Numbered from the stretch's first letter, positions 36,607-51,062 are shown. The stretch: 64,000 nucleotides of DNA from Daphnia carinata (GCF_022539665.2 NC_081333.1:12772001-12836000), one strand, 5' to 3'. Made by a program: numbers and translations. The notes: generated from the sequence alone by a model not told the origin.

Positions 36607-39600
36607 ATGGCCCGGACGTCGGAAAATGGTGAACAAGAGGGTGAGGGAAGTTCTGCTGGTGGAGTGGAGGAGAAATGGATTGCCAGAGATGGTATCAAGC
36701 AGGAAATCTTAATTGATCTGGACCAGTCTTCCTCTTCCATTGGTGAAAAAGATTGGCCTTTTATTCCTGCTGTACCTGGATCAGACATCACCAGTGGAAA
36801 TGAAGTGGTCCAGCAGACTGTTCTCTTTGGGTCCAACATCTCTGACCCAATCAACAAAGAAAAAATGGAAAAACTGTTGGATAGCTCCACCAGGTACCAC
36901 TTCATTTAGATCACGACATTTAATTCATCAGAGTAATGTAACATTTCTCTTGTTTTGCAGTATGGCATCAAAGAAAATTGTTTCTAACCTGCTCCTGGAG
37001 GTTGACAAATTATCAGACACTGAACGTTTGCTTCTCTACTACAAGTTACCCCTGGGCAGGTCTACTGATATTGATCCTCTCAGAATGTAAAAAAGGAATC
37101 TTTGGGAATATTTTAAATTTTAATATGACTGACTTCTGTATTTTCTTTTTCAATTTAGGCCCTTAAATCCCCTTGGCAGCCGGCCAGAAATCATGCAGAC
37201 AGTTGTTTGGATTCAAACTCACTTGGAAGAAGATGTAGAGGTGTCCCTTCCCAAGCAAGAAGTCTATGAAGAATATGGGTAATCCTATTTTGTTTTTGCT
37301 GCCACGATGTTGTCATAAACTCTGTTCTATTTTCTTTTTTTAATAGGGCTTATTGTACGGAAAATGTCATCAAACCTTTATCCACTGCCGACTTTGGAAA
37401 AGTTATGAAGCAAGTGTTCCCTAATGTGAGGCCAAGGAGGCTTGGGACGCGTGGTCATTCCCGCTATTGCTACTCTGGTTTGCGGAAGAAGGGTGAATTA
37501 AGCCCACCCATTCTGGCCGATCTTTTCTGCGAAAGTGAAACGGACCATCAGAAAAATGCTCAATTGCAGAACAATCAAACTCCGGTCACGGACACACCAG
37601 ATTTGATGAATGAACGAGCTTGTATTCTGGTCCGCGAATGGGCCGGGAAGCTGCTTGGCATCAACTTTAGTGGAATGGGTGACCTAGCCAACTATTTAGT
37701 AGACAAATTGTACGTGGACCAACAGAGTAAAGCTGCGACGCAATGGAGCAAACTGCGCACTTCACAAAGACAAAGCGAAGACGAAAATGAAGTTAAAGCA
37801 GAAAATGGGTGTGAGCAGGAACAGATGAGAGAATTGAAAAGAAAATTACAGGTATGTCCAATTTGTTATATCTGTTTCGTCCAAGCTCCGTCACAATCTG
37901 AATTATCTATTCATTCATAAAATAGCAGGAACAGCAACATTTAGCGACGAGAAGGCAATCCGTGCAGAGTCGTCATAGTAAAAAGACAAGAGTTTCTAGT
38001 TCAACTGCCTCGCCATTGCCTCAAGCGCCGCCAGCGGTTCCGCTTCCCGAGGAGACAGAGCCCAGAGCGTCCAATAAAAAAAGCTGCACTCGCAGCAAAA
38101 GAAAGCAGCGAGGGGAAGAGAATAAAAGAAACGTGTCTGTAGATTCTACGGAAGTCGAGGGCACGGCTTCTACGCCTACGTCATCTGCTTCTACGTCCTC
38201 CGCGCCAAACCAACCTGCGGGCAAAGTGGCCATCCCACGTCTTGCCACCAACCGCAGCCCTCGCCCTACATCTGCTATTCTACTCTTACCCAGCCACTCC
38301 CAATCTCCCAGTCCCACCATTAGCAAGCCAAAGTTTGTTGCAATTCAACCAAAGCCACTTTTTGCCAGTGACAATGGACTGGCCGCGCCATCTCTGCCCC
38401 AACTGAAGGAGGAGGAAACGAGCCGCCAGGCAGGTCCTGAGCCTCAGGAAGGCTCGTGGGTTGAGGCACTCGCACACAGTTACGATGATGAGTTAGCACG
38501 TTGTTGGTCTCAACCCGGAGAGGCCATTACCGATAGCCTCAGCCCTAAGGTGCAGAACCCGGAGCTTTCCCAACTGCGTGTTCTTCTGGAGCAAAACGAG
38601 GGTACGTGTATTGACCAGTCCCCCAATCATTTAAATTGACATTTGTAATTACTGTTAGACTGGCTTTTATGTGCAGCAGCTAAGAAGAAGCTAGCCACAT
38701 CAGGACTGTTGGAGCGTCGCAATGTTCGGTTCGAGACGCCATCGACCCTTACCGATCAAAACGGAGTGGGCAACGGTAACAGTGGGGCAGTTCCTCCCAG
38801 CCCCAACACTCGTCGAATGGCTTTCAATTTCACGCCGATCTCTCCCCGACTGACGCCCGACGTTCCACCCTCGCCTGGATCTTCTGGCCCCGTGCAGCTT
38901 CGCCAGCTCTTGTCAAATCACGGCGGTGGTAGCGTCGGTAGCCCATTTGTTTCTCCAGGTCAAACACCTGTTCCGTCAAGTTTACCGCCATCCCAACCCC
39001 ATTCGAGACACAATTCCGGACACATTGTAATTTTTGTTTTTTGTTTACAAATTTTCGTGATGCGAATCCTAAACTAAATTTGTCAATTTTAGGCCATGAC
39101 CATGGACACCCCGACTTCTTTCGTTACAGAGGCCAGTAGCGTCAGCAACGATTCGGCCTTTGTATCGCCGCTCAATACGCCGTTATCGGTTAACCGATCG
39201 CGCCACAATTCAGCCTCTAATCTGCTGGTCAATCGAGTTCGTCACTCATCCGGAGCCTCAATTACAGTCCGTCACACGCCATATGCAACGCCTTCTCTGA
39301 TGAATCACGGTCAAGATGGACTGTTTAATGCCTCTGTGCGCTCACGTCACAGTTCCGGTGGATCACCTTCATTGCCTCGCTCCGCACCTCTGTCGCCTCT
39401 CGTTCAATCCTTCCCGCAACAGGTAAAACGAACATGTTTATTCCTTAGCACACTATGACGTCATATTTAAAATTACACAACTCTAGACGGAGCCAAGTGG
39501 TAGCGAGCGCATCCGCCAAGATTTGCGTCGACGCCACGTTTCGGCCGGCGTAGTTCTAGGTTTGAGTCCTCACCAAATATCGGCCGCCGGCCGAGTTCAG

Positions 39601-40535
39601 ACCACGCTCAACAATGCTGTGCCACATTGGGGTAGCGACCCACTTGCCCAGGAAATTGAGGGTCTTCTAGATTCAGCTCCGAGCATTGTCAATGACTCGG
39701 TCATGAATCGCTCCCAGTCTGTTCCGCCTCACCGTATGTTCCAGCAATTCCAGTCTCAAGGTATCACCAGATATGAAACTGATCGCAACCCAACTGTAAG
39801 TCATGTCTCGTACGGTCGTATGGTAGTTGGACAAGGCTATGCGACCGCGTCGCAACCCAGCACGCCCTTCGCTTGCGGCAGCAGGAATTTCACATACAAC
39901 GCATCCGCCACCAGCAGCCCGTACAGCTACACGGCCACGCCCGTACCCGCCGAATGGAACGATTTCAATTCGAATGCCAACAATGGTGAATTCAATCAAT
40001 GGAGGATTGTATTTTTTTTTTTACGTAACTGATCCGCTTGTACCCGAAGGCGATGCAGGAACGGAGGGCTTCGTTCAACTCGATGCTGCCCAACAGGAAC
40101 TGGAAAGCTTCAACGAAATCATTAGCGAGGTTTACGCCAATAATCATCAGGAATTGGCACCATGCCTAGATGGATTAGATGCGGAAGCTTTACAAGATCC
40201 TTCTTCCGCCAATTTTCCCCAAATGAATTTTCAAGGATCTAATTCTGGTACGTTTCGCATTCTGATCTTGTTTATATTGGAAGTGTTATTGCAATTAATT
40301 TATTTCAAATGCAGCCGTGACCAATATGGATTCGGATCCTTCGCTGAGTTGCTCCGACACAGGAGACGGCTACCCTCTCTCCGATTTGAGCGACTCCGTG
40401 ACACTACCCGGACTGATGGGTCCAGAAGACTTAGCCGCCACGTTGGTGGCCCTGAAGGAAGCACCTGAGTTGAATCGACTGGTCCAGGATGTGGTCGACG
40501 GACAACAGTCTGTCGCCGTCCCGCAAGGAATGTGA
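36607..40535 (+). CDS. RFX7: RFX winged-helix transcription factor, RFX5/RFX7 class
   Basis: VDKLSDTERLLLYYKLP N-terminal domain; DNA-binding domain WIQTHLEE..SLPKQEVYEEY..LSTADFGKVMKQVFPNVRPRRLGTRGHSRYCYSGL; FNFTPISP and RSQSVP motifs; no RFX1-4 dimerisation domain seen. Confidence 0.85.
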
Positions 40536-42917
40536 AACAACACCAACAAAGATCCCCTAGTCCAGTCAGCCGCCTCTCTCCGGCTCAACTCTTGGTTTAC
40601 TCTTTTTTTTTCATTCTCTATTTTTTTTTAAAGGAGGTTAATCCATTGCATCCCAACGCATTGAAAAGGGGTGGGAGAGAGAGAGGGAAGGGCGTTGTTA
40701 CACAATTTATAAAAGAAAAAAAAACACAGTACAAAGTTAAAGCGAATAGCGTTTCGAAGAGTGCATTGAAGCATATTGTAAATACTATTTCGAATCAATT
40801 TAGGCTCGTATAATTTTCCTTTTACCCTCCGTTTCCTCCCCCCCTTCCGATTTTTCGCCTTTTGCAACACAGAATTAGAACGTCTCGGAAGACGCACAGT
40901 CTGCTTTTCGTTTTGGTTTGCGCGCAGTATGGCGAAAATTCTTTTTCTGTGGCGAACTCAACTTCCTCGAACTTGCTTTTTCTAAAGGTGGAAACAATCG
41001 AGGAAAGGCCCGTCTATTCTTTTTTTCCTCCCTTGGTTTTTTAAAAATATGTTTGCCGCCATCATTTCCCTTGAACTTGCGGTTGGTTGGTTATGAAACA
41101 CGGGTTTCCGCGTTTCTTTCCGATGGGTTAACTGATTTGTTTCAATTTTTGACGTGGCACGTAGAAGATTTTGTTGAAAAGAAAGGATTTCTAGGGAAGA
41201 CGGAGAGAAGTGGCGAAGACAAATGTTTTTGTTTTGATTTATTCTTTACACTTTGCTCGTTGTATACCAGTGTGCCTTTTTGTTGGGCAGGGCGGCAGAT
41301 ATTTGGCATAGTAGTAAAGCAACAGAGAATTATTTGGTCAGTTTGAAACCAAAAAAAAAAAATGAAATTTTGAAAAAAAAAAAAACGGGAAACATTTTTT
41401 TTATAGTGGGTAAACATCTGGATGTGTTTTGATACAAGGAGGATCGTATTTTTTTTTCTTTGCTTTTTGTTTAGAAGGTGCAGTTCATATTTTATTTTGT
41501 GGTTTCTCTTTTTTGAACCCTGAGCCAAGGAAGGATCGAAATTGCGTTTTCCCTTCCAATTAGCGTAGCGATTAGTCTCTAAATTGGAAAAATGGCTACA
41601 AATGAAAATCGCCAAACGCAAGGTGTGTCACGATCTCTCCCAGCAAGGAAAACAAAATTACAACCCTTTTTGCCCATTTTTTAGTTATTTCTTTCGTGAA
41701 ACGAGTAAATCACGAGTAAACAAAATCGCACCTTGCAAAAGGAGCATTTTTTTTTATGTTAGAAAAGATAAACTTATAACGTGAGATAGGAGATTGTTTA
41801 TCAACGTAGGCTTTGTACAACGTTTTTCTTCTAAAAAATATGCCGTCGTTTGGAAACAAAAGAGAATAAAAACTAAATCATTTTGGCCAGAATCGGGGAG
41901 AAAGGACCATTTTTCAGTTTCGTTGTTCAATGCGCATTTTTTTTGTTTTTCTTTGTTAGGTAAAATGGTGCATTGCGAATTTTGTTATGATCAGATTTTT
42001 CCATTTTCAATTCAAAATGGAAAAATGATGTGTGCAAAACTGTTATCGTGTCATAGGAAATGTACGCGCGCTTCACATCGAACCAATTCTTTTAAAATTC
42101 TATCCTAACGTTTCTCTGTCGAGCATCATTTACGCCATTTTTTCTTGTTCAAAATTAGACGACACACACAAAACTTTTGTAATCTGCTGGTTTTGCCTCG
42201 ATGGCGTGCGTTGTTGTCGCATCCCCTACGCGCTTGCCGTTCCAATTTCTACCAATATCTCTTTTCTTTTCTGATCCATCCTTCGTTCCCACTAACATTA
42301 TGTTGTATCTGATGATTTTGGGCGTAGTGTCGACGGCCTACGTTTTGCAGCTTATCATATGTAGTTACGTATATTTCTACATGATTTCATTGGAACCACC
42401 AACCCCCCGAACGATTTTTTTTCCTCCCCTATCGTGATTCTATTATTGTTGCAAAACAGAAAAAAAACGACACAGTATACACGCGATAAACACAAGAAAA
42501 TGTTGCGTGAATTGTCGGCTTTGAATATAAAGTTTATCCTGAATCGGGCGTTATTCTTTTCATATTTGTTTCATGTTTTGAAGGTAGCTTTGTGTTTTTT
42601 AATGAGCATGTAAATGGTGCTTTCGCAATGGTTCCTGGTGTAGTGAAAATTGGAAAAACGTATTGTTACTTTTAAGCCAAACTATTCCCATGCAAAACAG
42701 GTGATTCATTATGCCGAGATCATAAAATAATTGAGGCCTTGTATTCGTGCCAATTGTTTGCAATTTTGCAAAGGTAAGAAACGTTGCCTTAAGCCGATAT
42801 ATTTGTTCTGGACTACACTTGACTAAAAGTTTAAAAATTAGCCTTTTCCTGGAATTTCTCAAAGCGAACGTCGTTGTGCGTGTGGATTATTGTCAATTAA
42901 AGAGCTCAAGCCTTTCA

Positions 42918-43448
42918 CTATAGCTGATAGCCCGATAAATGGATTACAGCTTCTTTAAAATTATTTGAAGTTTCAAACCGACAATGTTTAGCAGAAAAAA
43001 ATGCGATATTTTCTCCAGCCTTAAAATGCAAATCAAGATCAGCTTCCGACTTCAAGCTTTTGTGATGCTCTTGGCCGCAGCCAAAATGTGAATGCATATC
43101 GAGGTTGCATAAGATAATTTCTTTGTGATCTCCAATATCCACAAGAAGGCTGGTCGCAGCAGGCCGTTCCGTACCCCATGATCTTAAATCGATAACGGCC
43201 TTTGATATATGCAACGGACGTTCTACAGTGAAGCTGTGTTTAACGCCCGGTTGAATAACCATGCCTGGAACCGAAATTAAACGTAAAATTTTACTAATCC
43301 ATTGGGCTTTATAACAATGAATTAAGTCTCCTTGGTAATTAGAATATACAAATATTTCATAAATGGAAAAGCCAACAAATAATGATGAATTCATAGACAT
43401 TGAAAATTACATACCCCAAAACGATCTGTCGTTTGGACAAGCCTGCAT
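42918..43448 (-). CDS. Stand-alone nucleoplasmin-like (FKBP39/HD2-type NPL) domain protein, copy 1
   Basis: Exons 43448-43415 and 43264-42918: MQACPNDRSFW|GMVIQPGVKHSFTVERPLHISKAVID...LCNL...ADLDLHFKAGENIAF...VIHLSGYQL*; FWG..HIS..LDL.F..G..HLSGY is the NPL pattern. Confidence 0.8.
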
Positions 43449-43677
43449 TTTGCGCTGAATAACTCTTACTGTACTGTTACTGTCAAACTGCTCAAACAAA
43501 ACTTACTGTGTCTGTGTTCTTCGAAGAATCCCTAATTCACGGGAGTAGAATAGCGTAAGGCTAATTCGCGGGAAACCAACACTTAGTCATTTGTTCAAGT
43601 GACTGAACATGACACTGAAAACTATTCAGTGCATTCAATTTATTGGGATTCCTTTAATTCAAATAGCTCACAGTTCA

Positions 43678-44138
43678 TTACAGCTGATAACCAGACAAGT
43701 GAATAGTCAGCTCTTTATAAAGATTATTTGTCACTTCATCTGGATGAATTTTGGCAGAGTACAGTGCAATGGTCTGTCCAGCCATAAAGTACACGTCAAG
43801 GTCAGCTTCCGGCTTTAAGACTTTCTTATTGTCTTGCATATGGAGATTGCACAAGGTGATTCCTTGCTGGTCCCCATGATCCACTAAAAGGCTGGTCATC
43901 GCACTGTGAATGTAAATTCCGCACGAGTCGTGAGGTCGTGAAGTATAATCGATGACGGCCTTGGAGATATGGAAGGAATGTTCAACAGTGAACGTGTATT
44001 TGATGCCTGGTTTGATAACCATACCTGTTTATGGTTTTTCACAACGAAACAAGGAATCCCATCAAAAACGTCAATGAAATTGATAGGCAGTAAATATCAC
44101 TTACTCCAGAATGATTTCTCTTTTGATTTAAGTGACAT
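43678..44138 (-). CDS. Stand-alone nucleoplasmin-like domain protein, copy 2
   Basis: Exons 44138-44105 and 44024-43678: MSLKSKEKSFW|SMVIKPGIKYTFTVEHSFHISKAVID...ADLDVYFMAGQTIAL...TIHLSGYQL*; same 34-nt first coding exon and intron phase as copy 1. Confidence 0.8.
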
Positions 44139-45382
44139 TTTGAACGTAGGTCTCGTCCAAGGATTGGCGACAATGTCAAGTACGGAAATGAACAATTTAG
44201 ACGCGTGCAATATGATGGAAAACTTTAGCCACACAGTTGAAGGGAACGTTGTCGACTGATGTTCCAAAGGCAAGAGGGAATGCAAGGTCACAAACAGTGA
44301 GAAACGAGACAAACAAGGTCATCAGCGTTGATTGCTCGTCACCAATTTCTTAGGTATTTGAGCAAAGCCAAGGGAGAAGCAACAAACAAGTGAAGGTCCT
44401 CGACATTGGGGAACATTTGTTAAAGGTATTACCCTCAAAGGGCATCTAGTCGAATTGGCCTTGTCTTTTCAATTGACACAACTAATATTTCATCTTGTGT
44501 ACATGACAATACTGCTACCGGGCAGATTTATAATGTAGTATCAAATGGCCAGCAGCTGACGGTCAAAAACCGCATCCAGATCGTGACAATGATGCCCCCC
44601 AAAGTTGGTTGGACCCATTGACTCCAGTCTAGCATTCCAGTACCACCCAAAAACGAAGATCAACAATCAAGTAAGTCAATAGCACCTACGACATTCATTA
44701 TTGAGAATGTGAGGGAACACGCCTTGTTGGACTGGTAGTACGCGTGAGCGAAAGGACGTGCATCAAAACGTGAATCTCAATTGACTTTCATACACTTGGT
44801 ATTAGCAGCGATTGATCAACGGAGCGGAAACTCAATTGGCGAAGGCGTAGAACAAGTTACTACACGAAGAGCATGTCGTTTATCAAACACGTCTCTTTTA
44901 ATTAGAATATCAAAACGAAAAATGAAAATCGCTTCCGTTGGAACGTAAACTGCTAGACAGTTTTCAAATGTGATTCATTAACGACAGAAATGCCTCCCTT
45001 TTTCTTTTGTTTTACCCCAGGGCCGATACCTTTGTGCATATACGTTTTATCAAGCAGGGCGGGCCATTGTTGTATGGAGATTGAAATGGATGGAGCACGG
45101 AAAGAGAAGGAAAGAAAGAGGGAAAAAAAAACCTCAAAAGTATCTCTTTTCTTTTCCTACAACCTGTAAGTCAAGTTTTAGTTGCCTAAAGGCATTGGCA
45201 AGAAGACACGGAACCGCGACAGTTCGGTCCGGTCCGAGTTCTTGCCAGTTGGATTGGTTTCCAAGCCACACAGCGTAGTTTGTACCAAAACATCAGCGAG
45301 TGCAACTGCATGTCTAGTGATTTAATAGCGCTCATCATTGTGTCATTTGAATTAGATATTCTCCTGGATTACTTCGCTCATT

Positions 45383-45409
45383 TGTGTGTGTGTGTGTGTG
45401 TGTGTGTGT
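45383..45409. repeat. (TG)n microsatellite
   Basis: About 13 consecutive TG units upstream of the first aminopeptidase CDS. Confidence 0.95.
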
Positions 45410-45776
45410 ACATTGTGGAGTTGCACACCTCAGTTTGGCCTTCGAAACACCGGAAATTGAACATAAGGTAACCCCAATCAATTTGTTACGCGTTTAATAG
45501 TTAAATTTAAATTGTTTTGCATTGCTTTGCTATTGCGAGAACCTATCGCAAAACGTATGCAAAGATGAATACAAAACAACGCTCACATAAAGGGAAACAA
45601 TTGTAACAGTTTGGTTGTTTTTTTTTTGTGTTACAGGGTTCTTTTGTTCCACGAAGCCAATCTTGATAAGAAGGAAAAAAGGTAGAACTGGTTCTGAACT
45701 TCACAAGTTTCACTTTCGGTCGTGATTGCAGACACAGCAACTCGACTCGCGTTGCGGGCAAAAATTATCAGAAGCA

Positions 45777-48700
45777 ATGTCCGCTGTTCTTCGCTTGACT
45801 GTTACCAAATGTCGTGCTTCGGGAATCGTCGTCATTTTTATCGCTTGTCTTATGGCCGTTGGTCTTTCGGTCTACTTTCTCGCTGGCCGCGCTTACCCAA
45901 CGGCAAACAGCTGTTCGGTTTCACCAAAGAGGCCGCTTCCTGCTTTCGGAGCTGCGCCTAAAATCGCCCAGAGTGTCATTAGATTACCTCGTACTCTTCT
46001 ACCTCGCCACTATGACGTCCGCCTCTTGCCCATTTTAGAAAAGGGCAATTTCACTGTCTTGGGTCGGGTAGTCATCGATCTGCAATGCGTAGAAGAAACA
46101 GACCGCATCGTTCTCCACAGTTCAGACATCAAGGTTGATCTCAAATCTGTACAGGTACATTTGTTTTTGTTTCGCAAATTAGATTTGAACCGGCTATAAA
46201 TGGTAGACGTTGTTTAATGGACAGGTCATTGAGCAAGGTGATATGGCAAAAAAGATGTTGTCTTTAGAAAGTATCGATTACGAAACGATAACAGAGTTTC
46301 TCATCATTCGTTTAAATACGAAGCATAAAGTCAAGCTGGCCAAAAGAACAAACTACACGCTATCGATGGATTTCGTAGGTAATCTAACTGATACTTCAGC
46401 CGGATTTTTCCGCTCTGTTTACGTGGAAGACGGAGTTGAAAGGTAACGATTTTTTCTATATCTAAACTGCCACTTTGTTTTGATTTCATCTGTTAAAAGG
46501 TACATGGCCGTGTCCCAAATGGAGCCAACGGACGCTAGACGGGTTTTCCCATGCTTCGACGAGCCAAACATGAAGGCCATTTTCACTGTCACCATTGGCC
46601 GTCATCGGGACATGACGGCCCTTTCCAATATGCCTCTAATCGATACCACTCCAATGTAATCCACTTTATGTGAGACATATCCAATGTCTTCATCATCTTT
46701 TATTTTTTTTTACCAGTGATGGAATGCAGGATTTCTATTGGGATCATTTTGCTCCGACTCTGTTGATGTCAACGTATCTAGTGGCGTTCGTGGTGGCTAA
46801 TTTCACGAAAATTGAGGCTGATGTGGGCAATGCGAATTGGAAATTCAACATCCACGTCCGCACGTCAGCCGTCAGCCAAGCTCAGTAGGAGCCGTTTGAT
46901 TAAGAAATCAATTTTTTCTTAACACCCGTTATCGTTTAGATATGCCAAAGTCATAGGACCTAAAACTCAGGCATTTTACGAAGATTATTTTCAAATGCCA
47001 TTTCCTCTGCCTAAGCAAGATATGATTGCCATACCCAGTGCCTTCGTCGGAGCCATGGAGAATTGGGGTCTTTTAACATACGGGTATCTTTTTATTTTTT
47101 AACCGCAAACGATATTTGAATACGTAATGATGTGGGATTTATTAACGGCAGTGAGAGTGTCCTACTCTACGACGCAGATGTGTCTTCCTTGGACGATCGT
47201 CAAACAGTGGTCGAGTTGGTCACTCACGAGCTGGCTCATCAATGGTTTGGCAATCTGGTAACGATGGACTGGTAATTCCCGTTAGCGTGCACACCTTTAA
47301 GTTCCGTACGTTCACCGGGCTTTTTGTCCTTTAAGGTGGAGCGATTTGTGGTTAAAAGAAGGTTTCACCAGTTACATCGAATGCCTTGCAGCGGAACACG
47401 TATGAAGACCCGTTCCTAGACATCCATGAACCAATCACGTTAATGATTTTGAAATTCAGGTTGATCCTAGTCTGGAGAGGTTAGAACAATTTGTGACTAG
47501 TTCGCTACACACAGTCATGCGATTGGACGCACTCGAATCCAGCCATCCTATCAGCGTACTAGTCAATCATCCTGACGAAATCGGGGAATTATTCGATGAC
47601 ATCTCCTACAAGAAAGGTGAACGAAATGTAAATTCATGTTAATCCCACGTCTTAAGTATCGATACGTAAAGGTGCCGCCATTACTCGTATGCTGGCCAAT
47701 TTTATCGGTGCCAAGTCGTTCAGGAACGGACTCACCAATTACTTGCGGATACAGTAAGCGAATGTCAAATTATGCGGGTTAGCGCACTCACGTTTCTTCT
47801 CGTTTGTCAAGTCAATACGGCAATGCAGTGCAAGATGATCTCTGGAACGCGTTTGACAAACAAGCCGAACTCGACCATGTTTTCCTACCCACCAATGTCA
47901 AAACTATTATGGACACGTGGACACTTAAGATGGGTATCGATTGCTCCATTTCAAATGGCTGCATACAATTTAAAGATCTTTGACATGCAGGTTTCCCAGT
48001 TGTAACAGTTCAACGCGATTATAACAGTCAGAACGTTACAATAACGCAGGTGAGTTTTCCATTTACCCTTGTCGCATTCAACTCAAATGATTGATTCATA
48101 CAATAGAAACGATTTTTGGTTCGCAAATCTAATTCTACCACCGCCGATCCAACCGTCTACCTTTGGTGGACACCTTTAACTTACACGACAGACTTCCGGA
48201 CGATTGGATCTACCTGGTTGGCAGAAAACCAAACATCAAAGAATCTCACATTAGAAATTGAAATAAGAAACGATGAATGGGTCATCTTTAATGTCAATGA
48301 AACAGGTACATTACACCCCAAGTACGATGTACTTTGAAATGACGATATCTGATTAACAGGATATTACCGCGTCAATTACGACGCCCGCAATTGGCAATTG
48401 ATTGCCAAACAATTGATGACGAACCACACAGCCATTTCGGTCATTAATCGAGCGCAAATCATGAATGATGCCCTCAACTTGGCAAGGGCAGGTTTGCTCA
48501 ATTACGAGATACCCCTCAATTTAACAAAGTACTTGGAACGGGAAGACGAATTTCTACCGTGGGAAGCCACGTTAACAGCGCTCTCTTACCTGGATTCAAT
48601 GATGCAGCGAACACCTGGCTACGGCCTCCTCAAAGTGAATAAAAATTCAATCAAATATTAACGCATCAATAACTAAATTTCCCATTTTAAGAATTACGTC

Positions 48701-49708
48701 TTGAAGATTCTGTCACCACTTTATGAATCTTTGGGATTCATAAACAGAAGCAGCGATTCCCACTTGACAGGCAAACTACGTCGCAAAGTTGTAGATTCCT
48801 GTTGCTCCATGGGCCATAAGGATTGCATCACAAAAGCCACAGATTCCTATCATCAATGGATGTCTGATCCTCAAAATACTACGTAATCTATGGTTTTCTC
48901 CTTTTCTTGCCAACACGCTCTGATGATTCTGAACAGGATCGTTCCTGCCATGCTGAAACGAGTCGTCGTCTGCACGGCCATACGTCACGGTGGTGAGATG
49001 GAATGGGATTTTGCGTTCAAACGTTTCCGTGACAGTAACGTGGCAAGTGAAAAAGCTACTCTTCTTTCCTCGCTGAGTTGCACCCAGGAATCCTGGATTA
49101 TTGCCAGGTTGGATTATTAGATTGTCTTGATGATTTCGTGTTCCGTGATACGTTCATCTTTTGATATTGTATAGAATGCTAGAAATGTGCTTGAGTCCCA
49201 CTACTGGATTTCGGACGCAAGACGCACTCGACGTAATCAAAACGTTGGCGGGCAATCCCATCGGTCGATTCTTGACATTCAATTTCATGCGTGAAAAATG
49301 GCTAGAAATGACGAAAATGTAAGTGAACATTTTTTACCCAGTCACATTCCGCATTTTTAACATTCAAGGCGTTTTCGCATTGATAGTTTCAGTTCAATCC
49401 ATAATTTGGCTCACGTTTTCGAATCCGTGACGAAGGCGTTCAACACCGACATGGAATTAAAAGAGGCAAGTAGCTTAAAAACAACAGACATCTAAAGAAA
49501 CGAAAAATAACAGTTTGTCGTGCATTGTTAGCTGTCAGACTTTGTTGGAAGGAACAAGGAACTTTTGGTGAGCGCGATGACACGTTCTACTCAGCAATCG
49601 ATCGACAGAGTTAGAAGCAACTTGAGCTGGATGAAACAAAACTATCGGCATGTCGTCAATTGGCTCCAAAAAGCCAACACGGATGCCACCTTTCAACGTA
49701 GTACCTGA
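45777..49708 (+). CDS. M1 family aminopeptidase N-like, type II membrane (copy 1)
   Basis: N-terminal TM anchor, [45 protein letters not shown]...WLKEG, FDDISYKKG, YYRVNYD. Confidence 0.92.
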
Positions 49709-51062
49709 TCAGTTGTCGCAACTGGAAATACACAATTCGTTTTACGCCCTCTGCGCACCTGCTATTTACTCAACTGGGACGCTGTTTATCATCCAATGCT
49801 TCCGGCGTTGAAGCAACTCACGCTCCCGAACGCAAATGAATTGGGTTTGTAAAGGACTGTCACTACATGTCAGACATCTTTTCATTCGCGCTGATTTCAA
49901 CAGTTGAAAATGATCATGTTTGACCTTGCTCCACATTTTCCCGCATTGAGAGCAAATCTAAGTTAGGATAACGTTGAATCAGTCAGAAAAATCTGGCCGG
50001 ACGCCAGATTTCAGTCAACCTTTAACATTGCCTGCCTTTACAGCGTGTATTTCACATGTTTTAGCAGTTGTTGTGTTAACAGAGGCGTAGTCGCCCGCAG
50101 CTGTTGCACATTGCACTGCTCACACCCTCGTGATTGGATAAGCAATTCACGCAGATTCTCGTGTCGTCCTTTAATAAATCAGTTCCCAATAAGCTTTTTA
50201 ATTATACAAATTAGAAAATAGCGATGAATTACGATAGAGGTGAAAGAAGGAAAGATAATGTGTATTAAACGAGAGAAATCAGGTTAAACACATTAGAAAG
50301 TGGAAAGAGATAAGGAAGTGAACGAAAAAGGTAACGGTAAGAAAAAAAAGGACAAAATCATACAAGCGATAGCCGAAGGTAGTGCACTGACAAAAAACTG
50401 CGTGTGCTATGTAACCCTTTCCCCCCAAAAAAATGAAAATGAATTTTGGCAACAGACATAGGTCGTTCTGGTTTGCTTCCCACCTACAACTGCGCATAAT
50501 CCTTTTTGTTTTGCTTTTTTGCATTTTAAGCTTTATACACCTTCAAGCTATTAAGTACCTTTTGAACAATGGCAAAGATCTGAAAAAATTAGCAAGCTAA
50601 AAAAAGTAAAAAAAACAATGGTTGGAAAGTTGACCCGGTACCCTGGTTCCAACACAAAACTGTGCCAAGCGATGGCCATCGACCATACGAGATCTTTGCT
50701 TTGTGACACACAGCGAAAAACGATTACCTATGGCGATAGGCCAAGGTCCACCTGTCAAATGTGGAATTAGCATCCACCGTAGTTAGGACAGGTTTCACCA
50801 GCAGATGAAGGAAAACGAGTTTGGTAGTCTCAGTATAGTGTTCATATTCCATATACCTATTTGGCTGGCCCACTCTCGACGTTTATTTATCGAGTAACGA
50901 AGAGAAAGCTTCGAGGGTTAAAACGTAAAGCCATTTCTTTACATAACCAGAGGCCGTACGTTTTTTTTTAGTGCGCTTCAAAAGGTATGTGGCTACAGTG
51001 TACTATGTCAGCATAGACTTTAGACGTAGTACGTAAACACCCCCCTCTCGCGTGTCTCGCTG

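Noticed and set aside
40536..42540. ORFs of 60-159 aa downstream of RFX7
   Set aside because: Low-complexity A/T-run translations typical of a long 3'UTR.
49988..50010. Perfect 9-bp hairpin AAATCTGGC-CGGAC-GCCAGATTT
   Set aside because: Considered as a Helitron 3' end, but there is no downstream CTRR; short enough to occur by chance.
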